64,000 nucleotides of DNA from a virus (lineage: Duplodnaviria > Heunggongvirae > Uroviricota > Caudoviricetes): the IMG/VR virus record IMGVR_UViG_3300042154_004306. One strand, 5' to 3'. Numbering within the stretch: the stretch's first letter is position 1; every line of letters starts with the position of its first letter. The notes under the pieces were generated by a model, which was not told where the DNA came from, made no database searches, and worked only from the letters and a program-made list of their open reading frames with translations. The position numbers and the translations under genes are program-made. Shown here in pieces: positions 49,973-58,821 of this stretch.

Positions 49973-50129
49973 GACCAATCGTCTCCTGGCAGTGAAGCTG
50001 CACCAATCGATAACCGAACTTTACGGATTACCTTTCTACGAGTACCTAAGCTATGTCAAATTCTTAATAGATGAGTCTGGCACAAACACTCAAGAAGTAT
50101 TCGAAATTCAAACTGGACTTGATGCATAA
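49956..50129 (+). CDS. Unlisted 57-aa gp51-like hub assembly protein (TTG start or frameshift extension)
   Basis: Translates as LTNLFETNRLLAVKLHQSITELYGLPFYEYLSYVKFLIDE...; the frame is open from 49893 with no ATG. Confidence 0.6.
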   Translation: MTNLFETNRLLAVKLHQSITELYGLPFYEYLSYVKFLIDESGTNTQEVFEIQTGLDA

Positions 50130-50179
50130 TTTGCTCAGGTCCTTTGTTTTTTAATAAATAACCAAAAGAACTTAACCAA

Positions 50180-51607
50180 GTGAAATATAATCAGAACTAC
50201 TTAACGTCAGCGACTCTGTTTACCGAGGCTGGAATAACTAGGCTAGATATTAGAGTTACTGATATCGCTAACGGAGAAATAGTCGCATCTGCTGGCGCGA
50301 ATGAAGGTAGTTTAAAAACAATACACCAAACTGCAATCGATGAAATAAGGGATAAGCTTGATGAATTAAAGATAGTCGGTGTAATTCTACCAAGCGTTAA
50401 ACAGTTGAAGGAAGGCGAAATCAGGTTATTTCCTTCAAAGCCTCAGGCCGGCAGTATCATATCATCCGATCTTAGTTTATTAACCCCGGCGTCTATTTTA
50501 GAAAATGAGATTAACAAACTATCAACCCCCAAGAATATTCCAACCGAAGAAACTGTTTTATCTAGCGAAACGGCTAAATCAACAGTTAGCGAATCTTCAA
50601 CTAGCTTAAAATCTTTACCGATTGAAAATTCAGTCGAGGTCCCTAAAACGACTGAGGCCAAATCTGCTGAGTCTGAAGTTAGATCTACACCAATTCCGAC
50701 AGTTAAGCCTGAGCCGGTCGAATCTGTTAAGATTGTGACTGTACCGGTTGAAGTTGAAAGGGCTGCTCCATTGGCAGCAACCGTTGCAACTTCCGGTAAC
50801 GTTACACAAGCAGCAGTTTCGCCAATCACGACAACTAACATTACCTCGAATACAGTTAATAAAACCGGCGAATCGATTGCTACTGCTACCGAAAAGGAGA
50901 TCACTAAGGCCTTATTGGAAAGTACTAACTCTGTTAGTAAGACAACTGACGTCTCACAAAAGTCAACCAATTCAATCATAAAGGATGGATCAACTCTTTT
51001 AAAAGAACTTAGCTCAACCAAAGAAACTTCTCAAAAGTCAACCATTGAAAAAGTGACTTCTCCAGAAGATTTAATTCTTTCAAGTTTTGGATCAGTTGAC
51101 TTTATGCAAGGTCTTATTAAAGAGGGCGTAAAATTTTCTGGTTCTGATAATATATTAAAGGCAGCAAACGAAAAAAAGGAGTCTCTGGCTAGTGGAGTTG
51201 AATCAGGTAATAGCAAAATCTCTTCCGAGGTAGCTAGTTTAAAAACATCAAAACTAGCTGATTCCAATTCGGTAAAACAATTGCTAACTCCTGATAAAAC
51301 TTTAGAAAGGAGCGTTCGTAAATTAACTAAGGATCTTCCTGAATCAATAAACAATCTAAATTCGTCATTTAGCAACTTCTCTCCGCAAAGTTCAAGTACG
51401 GCAACCGTTACAAATGAAGGAGCTAAAATTGATCAGAGTAGCACAGTTAATTCAATGCAACCAAATAACCGGCAAGTCAGTCAACCGGAGACAGCTTCAC
51501 CGCAAGCTAATTCTCAAACCGGCATGAATCAGAGTGATTTTTACATGCAGGCAATATACGCAGCATTGATGTCGGGTAAAATCAGAGTTAAACTAGAACA
51601 ATTATAA
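50180..51607 (+). CDS. S/T/E/K-rich low-complexity protein (possible hub/tape-measure-related)
   Basis: GTG start after ATAAATAA at 50154-50161; follows the gp26/gp51-like genes. Confidence 0.5.
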   Translation: MKYNQNYLTSATLFTEAGITRLDIRVTDIANGEIVASAGANEGSLKTIHQTAIDEIRDKLDELKIVGVILPSVKQLKEGEIRLFPSKPQAGSIISSDLSLLTPASILENEINKLSTPKNIPTEETVLSSETAKSTVSESSTSLKSLPIENSVEVPKTTEAKSAESEVRSTPIPTVKPEPVESVKIVTVPVEVERAAPLAATVATSGNVTQAAVSPITTTNITSNTVNKTGESIATATEKEITKALLESTNSVSKTTDVSQKSTNSIIKDGSTLLKELSSTKETSQKSTIEKVTSPEDLILSSFGSVDFMQGLIKEGVKFSGSDNILKAANEKKESLASGVESGNSKISSEVASLKTSKLADSNSVKQLLTPDKTLERSVRKLTKDLPESINNLNSSFSNFSPQSSSTATVTNEGAKIDQSSTVNSMQPNNRQVSQPETASPQANSQTGMNQSDFYMQAIYAALMSGKIRVKLEQL

Positions 51608-51608
51608 T

Positions 51609-51836
51609 ATGGAACACATAAATCAAATTCGAGAAATCGTAAACGAGTACAGCAAGATAACTGCTGGAATTAATGAGCTTGAAAGAATGACTCAATTGCT
51701 AAACTTTAGAAAAAATGAGTTAGAGACAGCATTGAACAACAACAAGAACCGTGAGAAAGCCCTAATAGATAAAATAGTAGAGGAGACTGGTCAGGCTCCA
51801 GACTTTTATAAAATTATGTCAGACTTAAATGTTTAA
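51609..51836 (+). CDS. Small coiled-coil protein
   Basis: ORF track. Confidence 0.55.
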   Translation: MEHINQIREIVNEYSKITAGINELERMTQLLNFRKNELETALNNNKNREKALIDKIVEETGQAPDFYKIMSDLNV

Positions 51837-52458
51837 ACCATTATTGAAATTAGATCTAAAATCGATACTACTTGTCGTATTAGTGCTAATAATTGTATTA
51901 ATGAGATCGTGCGAAGGTGGAGACTCTAAACCTGTAACTACCGTTAAGATCGATGGAAAAAAATACGAAGTCGTAAAGCACGATATCGATACATTTATCC
52001 AAAAGAAAGAAACTGTTGTTTACAAAAAAGGTACCGATATTTACCATGACACGACAATCTACGTACCAACTCCAATTAGCTTTGATACAGTACAGGTGGT
52101 AAACGACTATTATGCTAAACGAGTTTACACAGATACTTTAAAATTAGCAGATTCGCTAGGTTACATTGTAGTTAATGACACAATTTCACAAAATAGCTTA
52201 CTAGGTAGATTATGGAATGCCCAAGTAAATAAGACAACTATAAAAGAAACGCTAATCGTTAAAGAGCTTCCAAAGAATCAAGTTTATATTGGTTTAGTCG
52301 GATGTTTCGATAAGGCAACCGTTGTTAACTTTGCAGGTCCATCGATAATGTTAAAAACGAAAACTGACAAAGTGTACAGTATCGGAGTCGGATACTCTGC
52401 CTCTAAAGTAGTGTCAATTCAAGGTGGATTGTACTGGAAAATTAAATTAAAGAAATAA
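51829..52458 (+). CDS. Membrane-anchored protein with C-terminal amphipathic beta-strands (possible spanin-like)
   Basis: N-terminal TM + RSC; DT-rich middle; ends GGLYWKIKLKK. Confidence 0.5.
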   Translation: MFKPLLKLDLKSILLVVLVLIIVLMRSCEGGDSKPVTTVKIDGKKYEVVKHDIDTFIQKKETVVYKKGTDIYHDTTIYVPTPISFDTVQVVNDYYAKRVYTDTLKLADSLGYIVVNDTISQNSLLGRLWNAQVNKTTIKETLIVKELPKNQVYIGLVGCFDKATVVNFAGPSIMLKTKTDKVYSIGVGYSASKVVSIQGGLYWKIKLKK

Positions 52459-54518
52459 TGATTTCTAGATTTGTAACACTAACTGATTACTGCGTATTGG
52501 AGTACATGATGACTCCATTAGGAGACCCTGCGCCAAACATTATCAATTCACAATACTACCTTGTTGATAACAAGCACGTTGACGGTTATCAGGTGTATAA
52601 CACTGATTCGTATGATAGCATTACTAAAAATACTAGAGGACTAAGCGTTGTTGCGCTAGGCGGTTCACGATTAGTTAAAGTTGATCTTACTGATATACCG
52701 ATCTACACACAGTACGATCCAAATATTACTGAGACTCAGATTGCTGCAAGCCTAAGCAGTTTCACAATAATGGATACGATGAGGTTTCACTTTGCCTCAG
52801 GTTTTAATTTCACAGAAGTTGAAAATATTATTTTAGGAGCTCGTCAAAAGCTGAATGATCTAAAGCAATTACAGTTAGCGAATGTATTAGTGGATGCACA
52901 AACAGCTCAAACTCTTTTAACTTTCAATCCAAAACCGCTGTACTTAGCGAATACAATCTATGATAAGTATATTGATATTAAGGTCCCTACTTTATCGTAC
53001 TTAGCAGAAGATTTTAATCAATTTGAGTCAGCGTCATTTGAATATGCATTAACTGATGGAATCGGGTTCATTAAGGATGCTCCAATAACAGTTTCATTAA
53101 TTGAAGCGACCTATGAAGATTATTATCCAGAAAATGGAGAGAAATATGAACTGTATCGAGTTGCCAACTATTTTGAAGGATCAGTTCCTCAAATCAATGA
53201 GTTCGATAGTTTAGGCGCGATAATCCAAGAGGCAACTGACGGAGACTACATTGAGTTCTTTGCTACCTGGAATGGAACATTCGCCGAGGACCTAATTTCA
53301 ACGCTAAATGCAAAAGGTCCAGATAACGATTGGATTTTCATTCACCAACTCCAAGTTTACGAACAGGTTGGAACAGCGATCGTACCTTCCGGCAATTTCA
53401 CAGTTTATCAAGAAGATAATTTTGACACTGCTCTAAGTTACAGACCAATCCTAAAGGAGGCTGGTTTTGCGGTGTCAATGTCAATCGACTACACTCTTCG
53501 ACTTGTGAATAAAAAGACAGGAGATCAGATCATTAGAGCTGGGTCAATGTCCCTATTCAACCCAAATAAGTACGGCAAGTATTTAACTAAACTTGAGCTT
53601 GCGGACAAACCTCAATCGATGAAAGTTTACAATAAAATCATTCAAAAGAATCTTGAGATTTCTAACCTGTTTACTGGAGGTAAAACGCCAAAATCTTCAA
53701 CTTCTCAAATGGTAGCTCCGCCTACTGTGATCGAAAAAGAGGTCAAGGTCGGAGTCCCAGTATTTTATAAGCAGGCTAACATTCAAATAAGTCAAAAGAA
53801 TGCTCTACTTAAATACGGAGACGGGTCAATGGAGGTTATTTTTGGACAGGGCGAATTAATTATTCCAATCGATCCTACTGATAACTTTTTTAAGATCAAC
53901 GTATACGAAAAGAATCCAGCTAATCCAAAGGTCCATACTCCTGCTAACTTAAATAACAATTCAACATTTGCATTAACGTTCGGATCTGATTCAAAATTTG
54001 TTTATAATGGACTTACTGATCCAGCTTACGTGGATCCAAGTAAAGGCCAATTGGCTTTTAGAATACCTAAGGATCAGGCAAAGAAAATTCTTGAGTCAAC
54101 CAATACTACTCTATTCATTTCTCTAATTGGCGAGGACGGCACCGAAACTTTACTGTATACTGGTCGATGGTTACCGTCTTCACAGTATGCTACGGTATTA
54201 AGAGCAAATGAGGCTGCTCAAAATACACTGCTAAATGATCCTCAAGCGGTTATTTCTGAGCTAAGAGAGAAGATTACTTCACTTGAGGCATCTAATGCTG
54301 CGCTAATTAGGCGCCTAGGAACCACTAGACCTATATCAGGTAACTTATCGACTAAAACTGAAAATATTAAAAACATAAACCCAATAGCTGGACAGTTAAA
54401 TCCTTATACTGATTTAGTACAGGCGAATCCTAATACAGAGACGACAAATACAACAACAATCATCCAAGATGAACCGGTTCCTACGACTACTCGCAGATCG
54501 CAAAGGTCAAAGAGGTGA
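52458..54518 (+). CDS. Hypothetical protein, probably structural
   Basis: 686-aa ORF with no recognised motif. Confidence 0.55.
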   Translation: MISRFVTLTDYCVLEYMMTPLGDPAPNIINSQYYLVDNKHVDGYQVYNTDSYDSITKNTRGLSVVALGGSRLVKVDLTDIPIYTQYDPNITETQIAASLSSFTIMDTMRFHFASGFNFTEVENIILGARQKLNDLKQLQLANVLVDAQTAQTLLTFNPKPLYLANTIYDKYIDIKVPTLSYLAEDFNQFESASFEYALTDGIGFIKDAPITVSLIEATYEDYYPENGEKYELYRVANYFEGSVPQINEFDSLGAIIQEATDGDYIEFFATWNGTFAEDLISTLNAKGPDNDWIFIHQLQVYEQVGTAIVPSGNFTVYQEDNFDTALSYRPILKEAGFAVSMSIDYTLRLVNKKTGDQIIRAGSMSLFNPNKYGKYLTKLELADKPQSMKVYNKIIQKNLEISNLFTGGKTPKSSTSQMVAPPTVIEKEVKVGVPVFYKQANIQISQKNALLKYGDGSMEVIFGQGELIIPIDPTDNFFKINVYEKNPANPKVHTPANLNNNSTFALTFGSDSKFVYNGLTDPAYVDPSKGQLAFRIPKDQAKKILESTNTTLFISLIGEDGTETLLYTGRWLPSSQYATVLRANEAAQNTLLNDPQAVISELREKITSLEASNAALIRRLGTTRPISGNLSTKTENIKNINPIAGQLNPYTDLVQANPNTETTNTTTIIQDEPVPTTTRRSQRSKR

Positions 54519-54578
54519 ATACCATGGAGGTAACCGACCGCGTAGATAACAATAATTCATTTAGACCAGTTTGAATGA

Positions 54579-54635
54579 ATAAATAACTCTAGCATATACA
54601 GATAAATAAAATCAGCGATATAAGCTGATAAATAA
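54579..54635 (+). promoter_or_regulatory. Three tandem ATAAATAA late-promoter-like motifs
   Basis: At 54579-54586, 54602-54609 and 54628-54635. Confidence 0.65.
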
Positions 54636-54655
54636 TAAAAAAGACAAGCGTTTCA

Positions 54656-56194
54656 ATGAACGGTCTCATACAAGAACTAACAACTGAGCTCAAATCTAAT
54701 TCGAGCATAAATTCTAGCATCGCCGCGAAGGTTGTGCTTGAATCAATCAACAATTCACTTATGTTGGGTGTTGCGCCTAACCAAATCTTAGAAAATTCTC
54801 TAGAAACTTTGGAGCAATTTGCTACAGAAATGGTAAACGAAAACCTTAAGGAAGTCGTTGCTAAATTTAAGAAACTGGCTGAAAAGCCTACAGCAAGTCT
54901 GCAGAACATGGCTAAGGAAGCTGGTCTAAAGATCAAACTTCAAGCTATCAAAGAATCTGAAACTTATGGAGATCCAGTTTTCAAGCATACTGTTGCTAGA
55001 TTGGAAGAGGCTGTTAATTCTATGCCAGAATACAGAGCTTTAGGTTTTGTGTACGAAGGTCTTTCTAAATTCGCTTATGATAAAACGGTTGCTGGAATTT
55101 TAGAAGAAATTTCAACATACGTTAACAACAATCGCGTAAAGTTAGAAGTATTAAACTCTGTTTTTGAAATGAGATTGGCTGGTCCAGTTCTTTACAAAGA
55201 TGCATGCGCTCTTCTTGAGCAAGCAGTATTAGAAGGAATTGAAACTTCGGACGGTATTAAAATGAAATTGCGTTCTTTTTCTAATTTGCCAGTGGTTAGT
55301 AGACTTATTAACACAGTAAGCATGTTAGAGGCAAAAACTGATGGAACCTTTAATTTAGGAATCGGTAACGGAGACGCTCAAGTAAAGCCAATCGTAGCTC
55401 CTTTTTATAAAGTTACAGAGAGCGATGCATTAATTTTCATCGATAATAAATTCATCAAAGTTTCAGAAAATGATGATCCTACTCAAGTAACCGCAGAAGA
55501 TGCTCAAGAATTTCCTGATTTCTTTGAAATCTGTGAAGCTTTTAGATTCTTGAACTTCAAAGAATCTGGTTCAGATACAGTTGCCAAAGGTAGAAACCTA
55601 TCAGTAGCATTCGGAATCAACGAGAACGGTACCTTAAACCTTAAGTTAAATGGTGCAGTTGTTGAAAATCTAGATTCAGTTAGACTAACTGAACTTTTCG
55701 TAATGGAATCGCTTGAAACACGTAGTGCTCTTACTAAGATCTTTGATAACTTAGATCTTATTGTCAATATTGAATTTGGTAAAACTATCGTTAACGAAAG
55801 ACTTGGAAGAAATTCAATTGTTTTAAATCTTGGAGAAAACATTTTCGTTTTTGAAAAATTAGGAGACACTCGTATTCTTAAGAAGATGAAGGACCTAACT
55901 TTCCACAATTACGTAATGGAAAACTTCAAGTACGACGTTAGTGAACTTTATTCGATTCAATTAGAAGAAAGAGACATTAAAATCAAGGAACTTAATTCAG
56001 AGAAATCGGTAATTGAAGCTAACTTAGAGAAATTAGAAAAAACTATTTCTCAAATTAACGAAGCTTTAGCAGATTCATCAATCTCTGCTGATAATAAAGA
56101 AAAATTAAACGAACTTAGAATGTCAATTGAAAAGAACGTTAATTCTCTAAAGAATCAATACATCTTAGTCGATCAGTCCAAAAAAAAAGCTTAA
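54656..56194 (+). CDS. Putative abundant head-associated protein with a C-terminal coiled coil
   Basis: Triple late motif upstream; many L/V/I-x-E sites; ends at an A9 run. Confidence 0.55.
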   Translation: MNGLIQELTTELKSNSSINSSIAAKVVLESINNSLMLGVAPNQILENSLETLEQFATEMVNENLKEVVAKFKKLAEKPTASLQNMAKEAGLKIKLQAIKESETYGDPVFKHTVARLEEAVNSMPEYRALGFVYEGLSKFAYDKTVAGILEEISTYVNNNRVKLEVLNSVFEMRLAGPVLYKDACALLEQAVLEGIETSDGIKMKLRSFSNLPVVSRLINTVSMLEAKTDGTFNLGIGNGDAQVKPIVAPFYKVTESDALIFIDNKFIKVSENDDPTQVTAEDAQEFPDFFEICEAFRFLNFKESGSDTVAKGRNLSVAFGINENGTLNLKLNGAVVENLDSVRLTELFVMESLETRSALTKIFDNLDLIVNIEFGKTIVNERLGRNSIVLNLGENIFVFEKLGDTRILKKMKDLTFHNYVMENFKYDVSELYSIQLEERDIKIKELNSEKSVIEANLEKLEKTISQINEALADSSISADNKEKLNELRMSIEKNVNSLKNQYILVDQSKKKA

Positions 56195-56217
56195 GTGAGT
56201 CTGAGGACATTACTCTA

Positions 56218-56484
56218 GTGTCCCCAACCTCTGCGAAGTACGCAACTGGCCAACGTGTCATGTTGAAGTCAGGTCAATCTGCAACAATCGTTGGAATTGA
56301 CCCAGTTGGTAAAACTTACAAGGTAATGGGATCTGATAATAAGTACCAATCCGTTAAGCCTGAAGAGATTGAAAAGATTGACTCGTCTAAATATAAAGAC
56401 TATCAGCAATCTGGTCCAAATCCTGAAAATCCAGACGAACTTTCAATTAAAGAAAAAGACGTTACTCTAGACCAAAGCTCATAA
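56218..56484 (+). CDS. SH3/KOW-like domain ORF, possibly a -1 frameshift extension of the upstream gene
   Basis: GQRVMLKSGQSATIVGID..KTYKV pattern; the frame stays open upstream across the A9 run. Confidence 0.55.
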   Translation: MSPTSAKYATGQRVMLKSGQSATIVGIDPVGKTYKVMGSDNKYQSVKPEEIEKIDSSKYKDYQQSGPNPENPDELSIKEKDVTLDQSS

Positions 56485-56518
56485 TCTTTAGTATAATATT
56501 CTCTAAAGATAATGTAAA

Positions 56519-57334
56519 ATGGCTGACGTACTATGCTCAATCGAAGAGGCTCGAATTAATGGAACTCTTCAAGTCTTCGAAAAGAAGACCAAATACCACG
56601 ACTATCAATTTCTAGTTAGATCTGAGGAAGAGATAAAATTCAATGTGTCTCAAAATATCTCTACTAAACCGACAGGCGGAGAATATTTTAAACCACTATT
56701 CATACCACATTATGCTCAAAACCCAGGAGGTCCATTGACTCTTGAGGATTTAGACGAAGAAGATGTTTGGTTGGATGCAGGCGGTCATATTGGAATATTT
56801 GCAACTCGTTTGCTAACCCAATTTCCAAGAATTCAAAAAGTTTATTCTTACGAACCTTTTCATAATAACGTTGAGTTTGCTCAGCAAAATATTGAAATGA
56901 ATCACGTACAAGACCGTTGCGAGATAATCGAGAAAGCGATAGTAGCCGACGATTCTAAGTCCGTTGAATTCTTCTTATCTCAGGATTCAGGTAAGCACAG
57001 CGTTCATCCAATCCGAGGACGCCAGGTCACAACTGTTCCTGCTGAGAATATTAATACAATCATTAAGGAAAAGGGAATTACCTGTATTAAGATGGACATT
57101 GAGGGTCTTGAATACGATATGATTAAAGCAATCAATAAGGAAAGCTTTGATCAGTTGAAGCTATTCATCGTTGAATACCATTTCCATTATAGTTGGTTAC
57201 TTGAAAACCGTGCAGCTAAGTTCAATGAGATTATGGAAATTTTTGGAAATAATTTTGACAGAATTTTCGTTAATCCAAGAACCGCAAACGGTAAGCACTT
57301 CATTACTCACTTTGCTGGATTTAAAAAGGCATAA
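56519..57334 (+). CDS. FkbM-family SAM methyltransferase
   Basis: WLDAGGHIGIF, YEP and IKMDIEGLE; TAGTATAAT at 56489-56497. Confidence 0.85.
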   Translation: MADVLCSIEEARINGTLQVFEKKTKYHDYQFLVRSEEEIKFNVSQNISTKPTGGEYFKPLFIPHYAQNPGGPLTLEDLDEEDVWLDAGGHIGIFATRLLTQFPRIQKVYSYEPFHNNVEFAQQNIEMNHVQDRCEIIEKAIVADDSKSVEFFLSQDSGKHSVHPIRGRQVTTVPAENINTIIKEKGITCIKMDIEGLEYDMIKAINKESFDQLKLFIVEYHFHYSWLLENRAAKFNEIMEIFGNNFDRIFVNPRTANGKHFITHFAGFKKA

Positions 57335-57759
57335 TGAGTCCATACAAGTTATTGCAGGAGATTTACCATAACGACCCTTGGAAGTCGCAAGTGTGTTGTA
57401 TTCTGCTTAACTGTACTCGAAGAGTTCAGGTCGATAGAGTTCGTGATGAACTCTATCGTCGTTATCCGGATGCGGTTGAAATGTCAATTGCTGAGCCTGG
57501 AGAACTTTCACAACTTCTTAAACCCTTAGGCCTTTATAACAGAAGAGCCAAAACTTTAATTAGATTCAGCATTGACTGGATTGATAAGGATTGGAAACAT
57601 CCCAAGGAACTGTACGGTATCGGTCAATATGCTGCAGATTCTTGGGATATTTTCTATGAAAATCGGTTAGATATTGAACCAAATGATGGAGTTCTAGTAA
57701 AATACTTACAATGGAAAAGAAATCAAGTAAATCACTCTATGCCTATTTTGGCGAATTAG
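57334..57759 (+). CDS. MBD4-like HhH-GPD DNA glycosylase (T:G/U:G mismatch type)
   Basis: LLQE..HNDPWK...ILLN.T, LLKPLGLY..RAKTL.RFS, WKHPKELYGIGQYAADSW.IF and PND (catalytic Asp position) closely track the MBD4 glycosylase domain. Confidence 0.85.
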   Translation: MSPYKLLQEIYHNDPWKSQVCCILLNCTRRVQVDRVRDELYRRYPDAVEMSIAEPGELSQLLKPLGLYNRRAKTLIRFSIDWIDKDWKHPKELYGIGQYAADSWDIFYENRLDIEPNDGVLVKYLQWKRNQVNHSMPILAN

Positions 57760-58778
57760 GACTATTCGATACGAATATACCAGGTCATACCTTCTATCAA
57801 ATTGGATTAATGGACGCCCTGTCTGAAAAATTCAAAGTTGATCAATTTGATTTCTTAAACTACGTTAGCGATAAGTACACAAGCGGCTCAATCGATCCAG
57901 TTTTTCCAAAGGATAATCTTGGAGAGCTCATGACCGAATACACAAGAAAATTAGTTAATAACTATCAGATTGCCTGGCCTGAAGTTATGGAAAAGATAAC
58001 AAATCGTGAATACGACAAAATATTCTTAAAAGCCAGATTCAGGAATTTGTCAACTTTGGAAAAAAAATTGAAAGATGCTAAGATTTTTGAAGACACTATC
58101 ACAACTGCGTTAGAAGTAGGATACGATCCGGCCGATATCGTCATCATCGATACGGATCTTTCCCTAAGTGAATCGTTCTTATCTACGATCGAGTCTCTTG
58201 GCCTTAGTCGAGAAATTCCATCAATTACCATGCCTGGAATGAGTAAAGCATTTATTCAGGACTGCTTAAGAATTCATGAAAATTCAACAGAGTCACCGTA
58301 TATAAATTTGATGTATTATGGAAACCTGTCATTTGATAATTACAAAGAAGGCCATTCCAAGAATCCAATCATAAATGATATTATCCAGTCAGTAGACCAG
58401 ACCCAAATGTTTGATGGTACGACGTTCACAATGACAGTTGCCGCAAAGAAGGACTTAAGCCTTGATCACTGGATTGGTGCAATGAATAGAGTTTCCCTGA
58501 CGGCCAGAGAGGATAGAGCACGTATTTGGCAGAATTTCTCACATTCAATAGTGTCGGTAAACGTAAGCAAGGATCTCTATATCAAAGAGAAATTTATCCC
58601 GGCTAGAGTTTACGAATCCATCATATTCGGTGTGATTCCAGTTTCATATAAATGGGGCCAGCATCCAGCAATGACGTTTGAAACAGTTGAAGATTTTTGG
58701 GAAATCTGCAAGTTTCTAGCCGAGTGTTCCAGACAGGACTATCTAAAGATTCTTAGACTTTGCGCTGACCGACTTTAA
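57711..58778 (+). CDS. GT-B glycosyltransferase, T4 beta-glucosyltransferase/CgeB-like
   Basis: LMYYGN and SVNVSKDLY..KFIPARVYESII resemble the BGT segments VIYGG and NFITLRVWE. Confidence 0.5.
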   Translation: MEKKSSKSLYAYFGELGLFDTNIPGHTFYQIGLMDALSEKFKVDQFDFLNYVSDKYTSGSIDPVFPKDNLGELMTEYTRKLVNNYQIAWPEVMEKITNREYDKIFLKARFRNLSTLEKKLKDAKIFEDTITTALEVGYDPADIVIIDTDLSLSESFLSTIESLGLSREIPSITMPGMSKAFIQDCLRIHENSTESPYINLMYYGNLSFDNYKEGHSKNPIINDIIQSVDQTQMFDGTTFTMTVAAKKDLSLDHWIGAMNRVSLTAREDRARIWQNFSHSIVSVNVSKDLYIKEKFIPARVYESIIFGVIPVSYKWGQHPAMTFETVEDFWEICKFLAECSRQDYLKILRLCADRL

Positions 58779-58821
58779 CCCAGGTTAGAGAATAAATAAT
58801 AAGAAATTACGCAATCAATAA

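Noticed and set aside
50443-51375. Antisense ORFs within the S/T-rich gene, and similar short antisense ORFs elsewhere
   Set aside because: Fully nested opposite longer genes, with no motifs or promoter support.
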